Source of the DNA: Chrysomallon squamiferum
Lineage: Eukaryota > Animalia > Mollusca
DNA: 64,000 bases
Assembly (NCBI GenBank): GCA_012295275.1
Contig: CM022667.1
Location: 8,494,001 to 8,558,000, forward strand
Reading direction: 5' to 3'
The translations under genes and the position numbers were made by a program. The notes beneath the pieces are model-generated. The model worked only from the letters and a program-made list of their open reading frames with translations. It was not told where the DNA came from and ran no database searches. Below are positions 13,901-29,300 of the stretch, in pieces (positions within the stretch are counted from its first letter, which is position 1; every line of letters starts with the position of its first letter).

Positions 13901-16900
13901 GTAATAAGCAAAGGAAGGTGAAAACTGCAGCATCCAAATGTTTTAAAACTATTATTTTATTGATGTAGTTCTTGTTAGCAGTGGTAGGTCTCCTGAAACA
14001 ACAATAATAAGTTGAACAAATGAAGTCTTTATTCAGATACTTCCTTTTTGCTGTTACAGCTACATGAACCAAAACCTCCCAGTGAGAGTAAGCCAACTCC
14101 AGTAACTGCAAATGTTCTGGTGCGAAAAGTGAAACCAGCAGAAGACTGGGATAAGCCAAAGCCAAAAGTGTGAGTATAATGTTGTAGTGAAAAATGAAAC
14201 ATGCATTTGAAATGATGACAGCAAAATATAAATATTCTAAGAAGACTATGCTGTTTATAATATCAGTACCATTGAACCTACTGTAAAAAGAAAAGCTAAG
14301 CTTTTTAATTATTGGTTTCTCAGCAGTATTTAATAGATTTTCAATAAATATCTCCAAATAGCTTTCACTGAAATGGGGAAACATTAAAAAAAGTTTTGTG
14401 TTGTGTTTGTTTTATTTATCTACTTGGCTGCTTTATTTATTTATTTAATTTTTTTTTTTCCAGTTTGACAGTTGCCAAGCCAGCTCCACTGGATGCACCA
14501 GTAAAACCATTGGATTACTCAGGTAAGCACAAAATGATAATTTTAAATTATAAATTATAATATTTACAAGGTATGTTTCATGAATTTATAGTTATGATAA
14601 AAATAACAACCTATAAATAAAAAGAAATATTTCTCTGGTATTAATGTTACTGAAAAAAATGTGATTTCTATTTTTTCATTTTTTTGTTTTAACTTGTTTT
14701 CTTGGAGTCAGTATAGTTGTCATGTTTTATAATAAGTTTATGAGATATATTTCATATTTATGAGTGCATTTATTTTCTCTATCTATCTATCGTGTGTGTA
14801 TATATATATATATACACAACATGTATGTGTATGCATTACCCTTTTTTTATTGTTTTACTCAAAGATGACAGATGGTATAAGTAGACAGGCTATCATGTTT
14901 AAGATACTGTTTGTGAAAAAATCATAAATTTCTTGATCATTCCAGGTTTTGCTGGCCCTCGATACAACCCTGATGGTTCTGTAATTTCTTACAGTATTTT
15001 AGGTTCATATAAAGATTTTCATAAAGAAGCCATCAAACATGGAGATTTAATAGTAAGATACAAACAGTAAAATGTTTAACCTTTATGTGTCATAACTTAT
15101 ATAGGACTGACTTTCTGTATGTAATATATTAAAAATGATTTTATAAGAAAACATTGTTTTTTTTTCTTTACTGAGGGATATCTATAGCCTTAATGTGTCC
15201 ATGATACATTGTATTTGTCTGCATAAATCTCATGATTTATTTTAATAAATAAATAAATAAATAAATAAATGAAAATAGAATAAAGTGAATCATGTTTTAT
15301 TTAACAATAAAAACAAAACAAAAAATCAACATGTTGTTAATCAAAAACATGACTGAATTTTATTTGTCAGGATCTGCCACTTCCAAAACCTGATGATGTA
15401 CTTGATGAAACCCCAACAGTTAAATATGAAAAGAAGCCAAAGGAAGATACATTTGGACAGAAGAAAGCAGATGAGAACAATGCCTTAATGAACTGGCAGA
15501 GGAAAATGAGAGAGAGGAAACTGCAGCAAGGATACATATCCAGTTTAGTATGGTTGATTAAAAAAATAAGATGTTCTGTTTTTACAATATAAAGGCTTGA
15601 TTCAGTTCACTCATGAATTTCATTTAGAAAATTTTTTTTTTTTTATTCAGAATAAATAAAAGTCTATTCCTTCATGTCTGTTCTTTTTAACTTTTGCTTA
15701 ATTCAAAATATTTCAAAGTTTTTCATTGTTAATTTAATCTATTGCATTACTTGATTTTAGTTTTAACTCATTTTTATTAAATAATATTTTTAATAGTTAA
15801 GTTTATAGATTTGTTAAATAGGTTTTAAAATATGTAATTTTTGATTTCATATTTAATTTCAGAACTGCTACAGAAGAAACCAGAAGATCTTGCCATGAAT
15901 CAAGCAGACAATTATCGCTAACATTCAAGAAGAGAGATACATCATAGACAGAACCATTCCTTTAATTGAAGAAGGAAAAGGATGTCAGTTTTTGTTATAT
16001 TTAATAAATAAGATTTGTTTTTTCTATGCTGAATATATTTGTTATTTCATATCTATTGAGGTGACTTGAAAATCACATTTTATGATTCAGCATGTATCAT
16101 GAAAGACTAAATAGTATTTTTTAGGGTGACTGACACATTTGTTTTATTTATGAGATTAAATTAAGTAAGTAAATTTATTATTATATAGATCGAGTTGGCA
16201 GTGAGTTTTGGAGTCAGCAAGAACAGTTTGGTGATGACATCAAAGGAATTCAGTAAGTTTGGTTTAAATCCCTGCATTCAAAACAACAACCTGTGTAAGA
16301 TATTTTGTATTCCAGATCTGTTTATTGAGTCAGACAAGTAAATGTTATTAAGACAATGTCTTTAGACATTAATAATTGTGCTGGAGTGGTAACAAGAATG
16401 ATATTCATAAGACACAACATACACATGTGAATGCACACTAGATGCTCTGTATTTCATTGCTGCTTTCAGAAAATATGATAGCAGTTTATGATTATTATAT
16501 TTATATTGAGATAATAAGAGAAGTTGTTCTGTTTTGCAGTATGACTCTCACACAGACTCAAAAAGGTTACCCACCTCCTGTAGAACATGTTGGAATTCCT
16601 CAGTCAGTTAGACTGGAAAAAGGTAATATGTTAATTTATCACAAAATGATGTATAAATAAGAATTTAAAAAAAAAAAAAAAACATTTATATTAATAAAAA
16701 AATCTTACCAATGAATAATTTCATTTTACTGTTTTATTATTGTGAGAAATGTTCTGAATTTTAGGATGGACTTGGGAGCCAAACTACACAGCCCCAGTCC
16801 GTTATCCATGGCACAAAGCTCCATACTACGAAAAAAGAAAGAAACAGCTTCGGAAAGTTATTAACGAATTAGACTCTCACCGACCAGTGAGTACTCATCT

Positions 16901-17321
16901 TATGAATGCATGCAGATATGTCATATCAAAGTCAAAGTCTTTTTGAAAATAAATGTTTTTTTTCAATTATAAATCTGAAAATAATGAAAAAAATTGAAAT
17001 AAAATAAAATAAAACAATAAAATTTTGAAAGGTAAAATCATTGCAAAATGTTTCATTTAAATAGCTGTTGAATACTTCAGATTAAATATCTTATGTAATG
17101 TTTTTATTAAGTTTACTGAAATGATATCTTCATTTAAATAAAAATAATGAATTTAAAAATAATTTATTTTTATATAAAATGTTTTCTAAGTTAAAAAAAA
17201 ATATCCAAATGATCAGTGTCTGAAAAAAAGACAAAAGAAACATTTTTGTTTTGCTTTCATTCGGTTTTTTTTTATTTTTTTTTTATTTTTATTGATTATT
17301 GTTATTGTTATTGTTATTAAT

Positions 17322-17352
<31 letters not shown>

Positions 17353-17825
17353 TTATTATTATTATTTGTTTTTTTTATTTTAGGATTTTGATAGACTGGA
17401 AGTAATTGGACAGAACCCTTCAAAAGAAGATGACAGAGACATGACTGAAGCTATTTCCGAAATGGAGCAAGAAACAAGAATTCAAGAAACACCAATGATT
17501 GAAAGGTTTTAATTTCTTCCTTCTGTTTTTTTTTTTGTGTGTGTTTTCTGTTGTTTTTAAATTTAATTAGTTGAATATTTTAATTGCATAACAACAATAT
17601 GTTATTTCTAATAACATTCCTTTGTGGCTTAGTCAGTTAAACTATTATTTATCGATAATTCCATTAGGAAAAAATTGATATGGAAAAAAAAGTTGTATTT
17701 TAATAGTTCTGATTTATCTCATTCTTGTTTTTGTCATGCTTGGTGTCAAGAGGAATGTTATGTAGCATAAAAAATGTGGCAAGAATTATATATATGAATG
17801 TATGTATGTATGTATGTGTATCTTT

Positions 17826-17856
<31 letters not shown>

Positions 17857-20800
17857 TATATATATATATATAAATTACAACACAATTTTGTTCAATTTTT
17901 GAACCATATATAGCACAACATGATAAAACATATTTTGACTGAATAAAAATTAACACAAAATTTGATTCCATTTTTTCTTAATATAAACTACATTTATGCT
18001 ATCTATGGAATTAATACTATTTTTAAGAATTTATATCATTTGAAAAATAAATAGTTTAATGTATCTGACTAATACAGGCCAGTATTAAATTAAATAATGT
18101 ATTATGGAACAATTGCTTTTATTTGGACTGTTGACTAGTATCTAGAACCTGAATATATTAACACATAATGGCTAATTTCTAAATCCAAAATTAATTATCA
18201 TTAATGGGAATAATTACTACCAAGTTTAAGGTAGTATATTGACAAATATACAGAAATTAATATAATTATGTTATCCAAAAAATCTCCTGGATTGTAATAA
18301 GTTAGAAACCATATTTAGAGTATATTACAGTGAAACACAGCTCAGAATATAAGTTAATATATGTTATGTATGTTATTAGAAAAACATGCTGAAAAAATAT
18401 TACAGTAATTTCAAAGAGAAATACTTTTATAAATATTTTGTTACACAAGAGCTTCATCTGCAGTAATATTTCCTATCTGTTTTCAGAGAGGCAGTACCAG
18501 AAGCTGAAAATCGTCTGAAACCAGTGTTTGGTCCATCTCTTCTGTTTGCTGGACAGCCAGCTCAGTGGGTTGGCAGCAGTGAAACATTTCAAGGAGAAAT
18601 TGGAATTGAGACTCGAGTGACATTTGAGTCATATACTGGGGATCGGGTAATGTCCCATCTGGAAATCATCAATGATGGAACAACATCTGTATACTTTGAC
18701 TGGAAAGTAAGTATTAATAATTTAGGGAGAATAAATAATGCAGGCGTGTTCAATTTTGATATTAAAAAACAAATCTTCATCATCTCTTTAAAGTTGAATA
18801 TATTTTTCAAAAGCACTGTTATTTGGAAAGCATATATATTTATCTGAAACACCAAAATCATAAATGTGTGTGTGTGTGTTAAAGACAGAGAGAGAGAGAG
18901 AGAAAACTGTCAATATTCATATTTATATTTTTTATAAAGGTCAGAATACAATGTTTGATATTCCTGTTCATTTCATAGATTTTGGTTTTTACAATGTATT
19001 TTCATAATTTCAGCAAATACCAAGAGACAATCCATTTGATTTAGTAAAACCTAAAATTCAAAGGTTTTATTTCAATAACAGCAATGGTGAGTATTGAAAC
19101 ACTTTTTCACAGAATCTCTAACAATATAATTTATAAAACTACATTAAATTATTTTTTTTTAATTATTCAGATCTTAATAAATCAGATATTTTATTGTCTG
19201 TATTTGCTAGAAGATTATACACTGTTTATTCTTAAGTTATAAAATTTCAAGAATGAAACTATTGAGTAAGAAATAATATTTTCAGATTCTCTGTAGACCT
19301 ACCTGACTATGATAAAAAATAATTGTTTGTTCTAGGTGTAATTCTTCCTGGTGAAACTATGAAGTTTCCTTTTGTATTCAAATCTCCCAATGCTGGTGTT
19401 TTTTCGGAACAGTGGAAGTTTGAGACCCGCCCTGTTCTTATTGGTGGAGCTGACCTCATAGTGACTCTGAGGGGAGTGGCTTTGCAGGAGGATATTTATG
19501 AGACAGAAAGAAACTTAATTCAGGTAGAAATCATACTTACCATAGAATAAAATTTTATTTTAGAAATAATAATGTAACAGTGTTCATCTATTTATGTTAA
19601 TATTTTAGTTCCTAATTTGTCATTATCTCTTTCAATCAATCTAGACAGCTCAAGAATGTGGACAGTTTTTTTTTTTTTGTGTGTTTTATGTTTTCAAATA
19701 ATACTTGCTCTATTATTATAACTGCTGTCATTGAAAAAATACAAAATATGATAATCTATAATCCATTTGTAAGTTTTAACCCTAAAGTAAAGTACATATT
19801 ATGACTAATATCTATAAATACCATCTAAACCAAATGAAGAATGTGGAATAAGTTTTAAATTGTTAAAAATATATTATTTTCATGACATAATTACTTCCCC
19901 TGTTGAGTATTCATGAACTGATCTACAAAATAATTTCCACTTTGCTATTTTTATTGCAGCAAGAACTTTTATACAATCAAATATTTGAAAAATGGAAAAA
20001 CAGTTTACCAGATCTCCATAAATATCAGAAAAGAAATATTTACAAGGAATAATTATGGGGTCTGTATTTCATTTTATGAGTTATTTTATTATTTATACAC
20101 ATTTAAAAAAAAAAATTTCAGTTAAATATATATTTCTATTCAAAATCTTTGAAACTCTTTATAAAAATAATGTATCCAAATTTTAATATTAGAATCTTTC
20201 AAAACAGTTACTTTGAAATCTCTACATACAGTCAGTTTTACATGTAGCAGAAATGTTTTTTGAAACATGATTGCAGCTTTGTTTTTCATAAGGCAATTTG
20301 TTTTCCAGTACAGAACATAGAAAAATCAAATAATTATAAATGTTCTTGTTACAGATTGCATAATTATCACAGTAATTGCATAAATGTTTAACAGGTATTT
20401 CTGAAATATTGACAAGCTGTATTTTGTCTGTTTTATTGTTAAAAAGTTGTTGCTTAAATAGCAGTTGTGAAAAACTTTAACTCAGGTTTTAAGGGTGTTG
20501 AAAAACATTTTCTTATTAACAGATCATCTATCACCATGCAACAGTGGAACAGCTGAAAGAATTATATCTTCAATTGATTCCTGAAGAGGAACGAGAAGGC
20601 AAATTCTGGGACCTTTGTATACAAGATTTAACAGATGTTTGTATAATTAATAATAAAATCTTCTGTTTTTAAAAGATTTCATTACATAAACTTAATAGGT
20701 TTAAAGAATGAATCTGTAAATATACCTTGGATGACTGATGATCTATAATAGATTGTAACTGGTAAATAAATAATAATTATAATTATAATAATAAGACACA

Positions 20801-22562
20801 GAGATAAGAGATACATTTCATTATTGTTCAACAAATTTATATTAACTTCACAATATTCTTAATGATAGGTTAGACAAATTTATTTTAAAGTTTACTTATT
20901 TGATTTTGAATTTAAATTTTGTTTTATTTACACACAATGACACAAATATTTCAGCTTGTGACAGAACTGGATGAAGATGATGAAAGAAAAGAAACATTTC
21001 TCATTACAATTAATGAGGCTGTTGAGAAAATGTCTTTCTGCCCTTTTGAAGCCACAAACAATCCACTATATGGTGTTGGGTGAGTATTACAAAATAATTA
21101 GATATCACAGTAATAATGAGAAACATTTTACTAAATAAAAGAATAAGAATCCAATACACAAACAAAAGATAATAACCAAACAACATACTTAATAATACAT
21201 ACACTCCTTCATCACCATAAGACAATAGTAATGGATTTACTACATGGTATGGAAAGATGCCACAGGAATCATCAAAAGCACAGTGCATTGGACATCTGTA
21301 GGGAAAAGGAAGATAACTTGGCACAGAACTGTTGAGACAGACATGAGTGACATGAGACACCTGGGAGACCTCTGAGAAATTGACAAGGAACAAACTGTGG
21401 TAGAGGAACTTTATTACTGTCATAAGGCAGCATAAAGTGGATCAGGCATTGTTATAACAGAACTTAACAATCACTGTCCAGTAATGTTTTCCAAAATGTT
21501 TAAGTAATGAACAAAACTTTTCTGTTAGGTATTAGTTTTCCTGAACAAATTAAATCTGACTTCGATAGATTTATCAGTTATTTGCATCTAACTGCTTTGG
21601 ATTGTAAAACAGTTATAAATTATTTTATTTTGCAGGTATCAGATGCTGGCTGATGCTTTGGATGACATAGTCGGAGAGTCAATGCTTCTTCGTCATGTCA
21701 TGGGATTACCAGAAAGAGACTGGGATGATTTAGAAAGTGAATTAAGTATGTATTCAAATAAGGTTTTTAAAAGTAGTTTGCATAAATCATACTTTATTGT
21801 GTATACTACAACAAGACAGCTTATAATCAAATGAGTATTGTATGATGTTTATTGTTACTGAAAACATTTCAGTTAAGTAATAGCACCATTCTAATTCATA
21901 TTATTATCTCCAAGTTTCTGTGTACATTTGTAATCATTAATTTAAAAGACACACAGAATCAAAAGACAGCAATGAAAGTGTTTGTTTTAACAATACACTC
22001 TGCAGTTCATGATGACTGAAAGTATCATTCAAATTCATTTTGTTCATTTCATTTGCAGATATTAAAGCTGAAAGTTAATGACAACCTAACTTGAAACATT
22101 TTGTAGACATACAAATGGTCACATACTGATATCAGTCATACAAGTGCACATATGTATGAATTGTATCATACAAATGAACAGTTTTTCTTACAGAATAATA
22201 GCCTAACCAAATATTTTAATTTGTAGTCATTATTTTTTTCTTTTTTCAGGATATTTTAGTAACCTTAGTCTATAATCTGTTGATTTAACAAATGAAAGCT
22301 GTTTGTTTCCTTTTCAGTTTAAAACATGCTAATTATAAATGAATTATAAAGAAACTAACATTAAAGATAAATAATAATTTTAAAACTAATATTAAAGATA
22401 AAAAATAATTTTAAAAATAATATTGAAATTGGTCAGAAAAATGTTCCGTTAGTATAAAAATGAATAAAAGCCAAAACATTATTTTTTATATCAATAACTT
22501 CTCCCATGGGTTGAAGTAACATACATTATGACATTAAACAGATTTCCTTATTAAAAAAATAG

Positions 22563-22658
<96 letters not shown>

Positions 22659-25600
22659 CCATAGAACAGTATCATTTGAAAAATTAAATGTCTGCAGTAA
22701 CAACAACTGAACAAAATAAATGAATGTAATTTACAGGTACAGGTACTAGAACATCACAATTACTGACAGTTGTAGACTCAGGTCAGATTTTGTTAAAATA
22801 TCATTCATCATTGTTAATTTATTTTAATGTTCTTGTTTATTTTCCCCAATTAGCAGTGTTATCACTGCAGTAAGAGGTGGGCAGGGGCAGGAGAGATCAT
22901 TCATTCCTAGGGTTCATAAAAGCAAATGATAGTTTTGATGTCCATCTCAGATTGGCTCTTTGCACCATAACAAAATGCACTTAAGACATTCACTAACCAT
23001 CTAAAGCTGCCAAATATCAAGAGCATGCAGGATCTTTTGACATTTGGACTGAAACAAGAGCCTCAACTTCCAAAAACCACTGGATGCCATAGGTGGTCCC
23101 AACTCTCAGTCTTGTGAACCAAAGCTGTTTTGGGGTACTTGCCTACAATGGGCAATGAAAAAAGTCCAGTGTATATTCTTTACTTAATAAAGTATAACAG
23201 TAATAAATCATAATGAGAGGTTTCATGAAGGTTATCATTTTCTAGGTGATGTTTTTTAGTACATTAAATTTAAAACCATTCAGGGGATTGAGTGATTAAT
23301 AATAAACTACAAACGCAAGTAAGTCACTGTAAAAGTTTCTGTGTTTAAAAAAAAAATTATATGAGTCAAATGATTTGCTACATGCATTTCCTTTGATTGT
23401 TTATTTTACTGTTGTACTTTATTATTGTTCTCGTATATGGCAGCAGTATAAATCTCTGATGAAATATTTTGCAGTTATGTTTTGTTTTTTTACATATTGT
23501 TTTATCTGAGTTCATTGGCTGGATATTTCATTCTCTTGCATGATGATAATGAATTATTTAACTATGGATTTTTCTAAATAAAAAGTAATTTCCTTCGTTA
23601 GACAAAAGAAAATTAACATTTTCTTTCTTTTAAAATTTATGGATTTTGCATATGCTATGTAATGTTCATAATATATTTTATAAAGACAAATTAATCAGCT
23701 ATTTAAATGTTAATATTTTAACCTTTTAATTTAATATTGCTATTTATTATTATAGTAAATAAAAATAAATTGCTACAGATCAGAGAAAAATGTTAATATG
23801 AAACATATTAGGAAATAACATATGTTGAAAGTTACTGCTTGTAACTCAACCATAAGTAGTTAACTGAATCAGTAGTTGTATTTAATAGGGACACCAGCAC
23901 ATAAGAAAAGAAGGTCATCATCAGTTCCATTACCTGGGAGGCATGGGTCTTTCAGTAATTTTTGGAGAAAGATGTTTTACACAGGTTTTTAAACTGTTAG
24001 CGTTTTCTTCTGTTGTTTTTTTTTAAACAAAAAGTTTATAAAGAACAACTATACTGACAGGGTTTTCAAAAAATAAAGCTGCCAGGCAGTAACTCTTAAC
24101 TGACTGCATTTTTCAGTTAAAGGAGAGAAATGATGTTGTTCACAAGATATTTATAAGCATATTTGAAAGCCACTTTTCAAATTTTGGAAAAGGTCTCCAG
24201 GACAAATTGTAATTTATGATTATGCAAACAGTTTTTCACACTGATCTGTTCACAGAAAACACAGTAATCAAGAGAATGAATATCCACATGTCTAAAATTC
24301 ATTTAGTGAATTTCATGTGCTTAACATCCAAAAGCAGATGACTGAAATATTAATCTTGATATGTTTAAACAAACATTAATTTTGTTGAAGAAGATCAAGA
24401 CAAATTTTTATTTGACCAAGATTTGATTGCTAATCTGAACAGTGAAGATCTGTTTGGATCTTGCCAATATCAGTCATAACAACAGAAGCAAAATTTCCTG
24501 GTAACATTGTCTGACTACTATTCGGTTGTAACAGTTTTGCAAATTGGAACTGATAATTGAAATATTTACAAGAATAAGTTACTGCGACATACTTTCACTT
24601 TCTGCATTAAAATATAAACTTTCTTTTGAAATTACCTTTTTCCTTCATTTTTTTTTTTTTCTTTTCTTTTTTTATTCTTTAGTGTTTTAAGTTATGAGCT
24701 AAATGTATTTTTTGGAAAAGTGTGAAATTAATTATGAGCGAAATAAAAAAAATTATTTTATTTATTTAAATCTTTTTTTTTATTAGTATTTGTCATGGAG
24801 ACTTTATTTTGATTTTCAGGGGAAACTGTGGCCTTTTCAGTATAGTATTCCTAAATATTTTCAGTATTATTATTTTATATTAATTGAAGTCAGTTGTTAT
24901 TTTTATTTTTAGTGATTTTTGACTTATGGATAGATAAATACCTCTTTTTTTTCTTTTTTTTTTTAATGTTTTTTATAATTAATTTTCATAATCTTTTTAT
25001 AAAGATATATAAAAGAATATTTAATTCTTTCTTTCTTATTTTCTTCTTTAGGTTGAAAACTTCTATCCCTTTCAAAAGGCAGTACTGAGTAAAATGTACA
25101 CATTAAGAGTAAACTTTATGGGATTTAATACCTGAAAATAATAAGATTATAAAATATGCAAAGCAGTCAGTAGTTTAGCTTTTGTTTTCATTATCAGTGA
25201 AAAAGATTATCTTAAGAAATCAATTTTATATTTATAATTTTCATCACAATTCTTAATAAACAAAAAAAAAAAACACTAAAAACAAAAAACAAAAAAAAAA
25301 CAATTAAAGAAACAAGAAACACACTAACTTTGATAAAGATAAATTAAAAAAAAAAAACAGAGGTTCTTAAAATTTTTAAAAACAGCATGCTCTCAATTGT
25401 TCCATTGTTTTTCTTTTCTATTTTCTTTTTGTTTTCTGCAGAAAATTACAAAATTATTATAATTTATTATCAATTCATTTTACTTCTGCTATGTGTTTTC
25501 CTTTAAATCAGTAGCATATAATAAACAAAAGGGCATGCTATTTCATCATTTAAATTTAATTAACTATTTTCAAAAATGTTGTATTTATAATAATAATAAG

Positions 25601-26261
25601 TCCAGATGGTATCAATTTCAAAATAAATGATATTAGATCAAAATAAATAAAAAATAATAATAAAAATATAAATAAATAAATAAATAAATATATAAATATT
25701 AATAATAATAATAATAAAGTTTTGTTTTTCTTAGTGTTAAATAATAATTATATGTATATTGTTACACGTTGATAAAATTATGTAATTATATTTACCAGGT
25801 GTAACTGTTGGAAAACGAATTGTACACAGTGCGCGTAGTGGTATGCAGAACATTTCTAATTTAAAAAAAAATATTTTTGTTTATTTGTCTGGGTTTTTAA
25901 TTTTTTGGTTTGGTTTGGTTTGGTTATTTGATTTTTTTCTCTTATTTGTATTCCTTTTTGTTCTCATTGTAACATATCTTGTTTTCAGTGTGTAAATCAC
26001 GTTTGTGAGCATTTATGTGTAATAGAATAACACATACTCATAATAATTATACATTCTTCAGATAAATACGCATGGGGAGGTAAAATATGTACATTTTGAC
26101 TTCTTACTTTTATTATTATTACTTCTTTACTTATAAAAAAGGCATTAATTGCAAATTTTCTTAGAGTAACTTTTCCTTCTAAACAAACTTTAAATTATTT
26201 AGAAATTAATGTACACAAAAAAAAGACATTGTGTGTTTTTGTTTCATTTATTATTAAATTA

Positions 26262-26316
<55 letters not shown>

Positions 26317-29300
26317 TTTGCCTGATTTTTGTGAGGTTTTCTTATATGAAAGTGCAGAAAACACCCAACAGTCTTATGACATGTTACCAGATTTAATAAT
26401 ATTACATAATATTGTTATCTGTGTATAATTAATATTTGGCTGAAACAGGAACTATGAAAGGAGATCTTGCATCAGTAGACAAGACTCCTCATAGACAATT
26501 ATCAGGTGGTGGAGAAGCTGACAGTGAGTAAAGGCAACTTGATTTAGTGTTTAGAATGCTTCAGCTTATCAGCCATCATTTAGAAAGGAATGGGAAAAAA
26601 AATCATCAGAATTTTAGAATGAGCTCTAATAGAATATCTGATCTAAAAGCTGTGAGCACAGAATTTAATATGCTCTGTTGTAGTCAACTCTTGGTCATAT
26701 TTTTCTTACAGAGCTGACTTCTAGCCAGTTTTAAAAACATACAGTTTGCATTTCTTAAGAGCTTTGAATTAATACTTGAGCTAGAATGATTTATTATGAC
26801 AAAAAGCTGCAGCAACACACAGTGTATCACGTCTTTGAAAATAACAAAAGAATTACATGATCATTTAAAAAATATATATATTATTCTTACTATTTTGTCA
26901 TCAAAGCAAAATGTTTAAAATAGATTTATTAATGACTGTAAATTGTAAATTATTTTATTTTTCACTTATGGTCTTTGAACAGAATTAAAAAAAACAAAAG
27001 CTGAGGTTGTCCCTGCAGTACAGAGTAAGTGTTTTCAGTTTGTGGGTGTTTAACTGGCAGTGTGATATTAACACAACTGAGAATGAGAGATTAAACCCTC
27101 TTTCTTTTGTTTCTGAACAAAAGAAAAAACAACAAAAAACTGTGATATTTATTCAAGGTTCTGTCTTATGCTAACTGTTTGAAAGTGGGATTTGATTGTT
27201 TAACAGGTAACAAGAAACTGTGTTTTGTGAAAAAAAAAAAATAAAACAATATCATGAAATGTATTCATCTATATTTAGTGTAAGTTTTATAGTTCTACAT
27301 TAACATACTTTCTGGTTATACTGGCTGTGTTTAATTGCTAATTATAGTGCAGTATCTATTGCTGTTCCAGAAATGATCATGTTATGCTTAGAAAAAAAAT
27401 GTATGAAAACTAATCAAGTTACTGCTTAACAAAAGCTTTATCAGAAAACAAGACTGGCAGTGGCTGAATTAAATTTAATCTTTTTTTTTTTTTTTTTTTT
27501 TTTTACTTAGAAATATTTTGTTACATTCTAGTGATGTTGACAGAAAAATGTATATGAATATTAATTTTTAATATTATTTTTATTGTTTATCATTTATTTA
27601 TTTATTTATTTATTTTATTTATTATTATTATTTTTTTTTATTTAAACTTGATTATTTCATTAGATCTTCTTAATTATTATCATTTCTGGTGTAGTAATTT
27701 ATTGCAAGTAGAATTTAATAGCTGTTGGTTTGGGCTTATTTATTTGCTGAATTGTTTGATTTTCATAATTCAGGTAAGTGAACAGTAACTGTCTATTTAA
27801 TAAAACAAATTCTATTTCGATATTTCACATTTCATTTATCTTATGTTTAACAGAAATTATTCCAGGTGAAATGATAGGAAAGTTATCAGTTACAGAATTA
27901 TTTATTATTGATTTGTGTTTTCACTAAAAAGCTGGTTTAAGTATCGTTTTACTCATAGATTTTTATTTCTTGGACATTAAAATTTTTATTACAAATTTTC
28001 ATGAATTATGCTTGCTAATTAATGTAAAAACCAGATTTTTCTTAAAGATACTTCTGTGTATATATATATATGTATGTATATGTGTGTGTGTGTGGGAATA
28101 ATATATATATTTATATATTTCATTGTTATCTGTTTCTTTATTTCTTTATATCTTTTTAATTTATTAGTTACTGTCCTCATAAATGTTCACAGGGACACTG
28201 TAGGTTTAGCCATGTCAGATTTAGCATTTTGCCTCCTGATATTTTAATAATTTATTTAGAATTATTTTCAATGTTGGTTTTTTCTATTTTTATTATTATT
28301 ATTTTTTTAAATATCATTAAAAGCAATCCATTACAAAATGTCTTCTCTTTATTTGTTCTTATAAAAGTTTATTACTTTTAATTTGTTTTTGTTTTTTTAA
28401 AGGATTTATATAACATGGATTTAAATTGAGATTAACCGTGACAAAAAATTAATAAAAGTTTAACTTTTTAAAGGGATCCTATCCATTTATTATTTTTAGT
28501 TAAAATTTAATATCAGGAAATATATATATTTTTTGTGTCTGTTACATTACACACAAACACACTGTTTATTTTTAACAGTTTGAACATTGTTAATTATTCC
28601 TCTTCTACCATTATTCTATGGCTGTAGTCTGCATTTTATATAAACTAAATAAATTGTACTTTTTCTTCAAAGATGATTAAAGACAGTGCTTCTGCTAATA
28701 AAAACATAAAAAAAGTATTGTGTTTTGTTTACAGGTGAAAGTAGACGAGGGAAAGTGCTGGACAAACCAAAGACAGAGGCAAAAGATAAAAAGGTAACTC
28801 CAGCGAAAGACCCTAAGGCAGCCAAAGGTGGAAAAGAGGTAACATCACCCAGAACAAAATTAAACAGCTGATCAGAAACAAAACATTTTCTCTAACCCTT
28901 GCTGTTTTGTGAATTGCAGGTTCATCCATGTTCACCACCACAGCAGTCTTATCCTTTTTTTAAATAAATTTTTCTGATTGTTTTGTTTTTGAATCAAAGA
29001 AACTGATACTTTTGTTTACAACATTTCAGTCAGTTCACTAATGTATTTAGTAACTGATAATATTCATACTATTTTCAGACACCGAAACCTGACCTGAAGC
29101 AAAAATCTGGATCTGCTCTGAAGAAAGGACCCTCTCGTAGTTCCACAGTAACACCAGGCCCTCAGCCGGTGACTCCTACAGGAGACAGGGTTCCAACTCC
29201 AGAGAGTGTTTCACAAAGTCCTCTATTAGACATTGATCCCCAGCTAGAAAGAAAATACAAAGAAAAACTTTATACTCGGGTATGTTCTTTGTTATTATTT

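Noticed and set aside
13866-14384. 172-aa minus-strand ORF
   Set aside because: Antisense to MYCBPAP exon 14060-14169 and flanking AT-rich intron; no recognisable domain.
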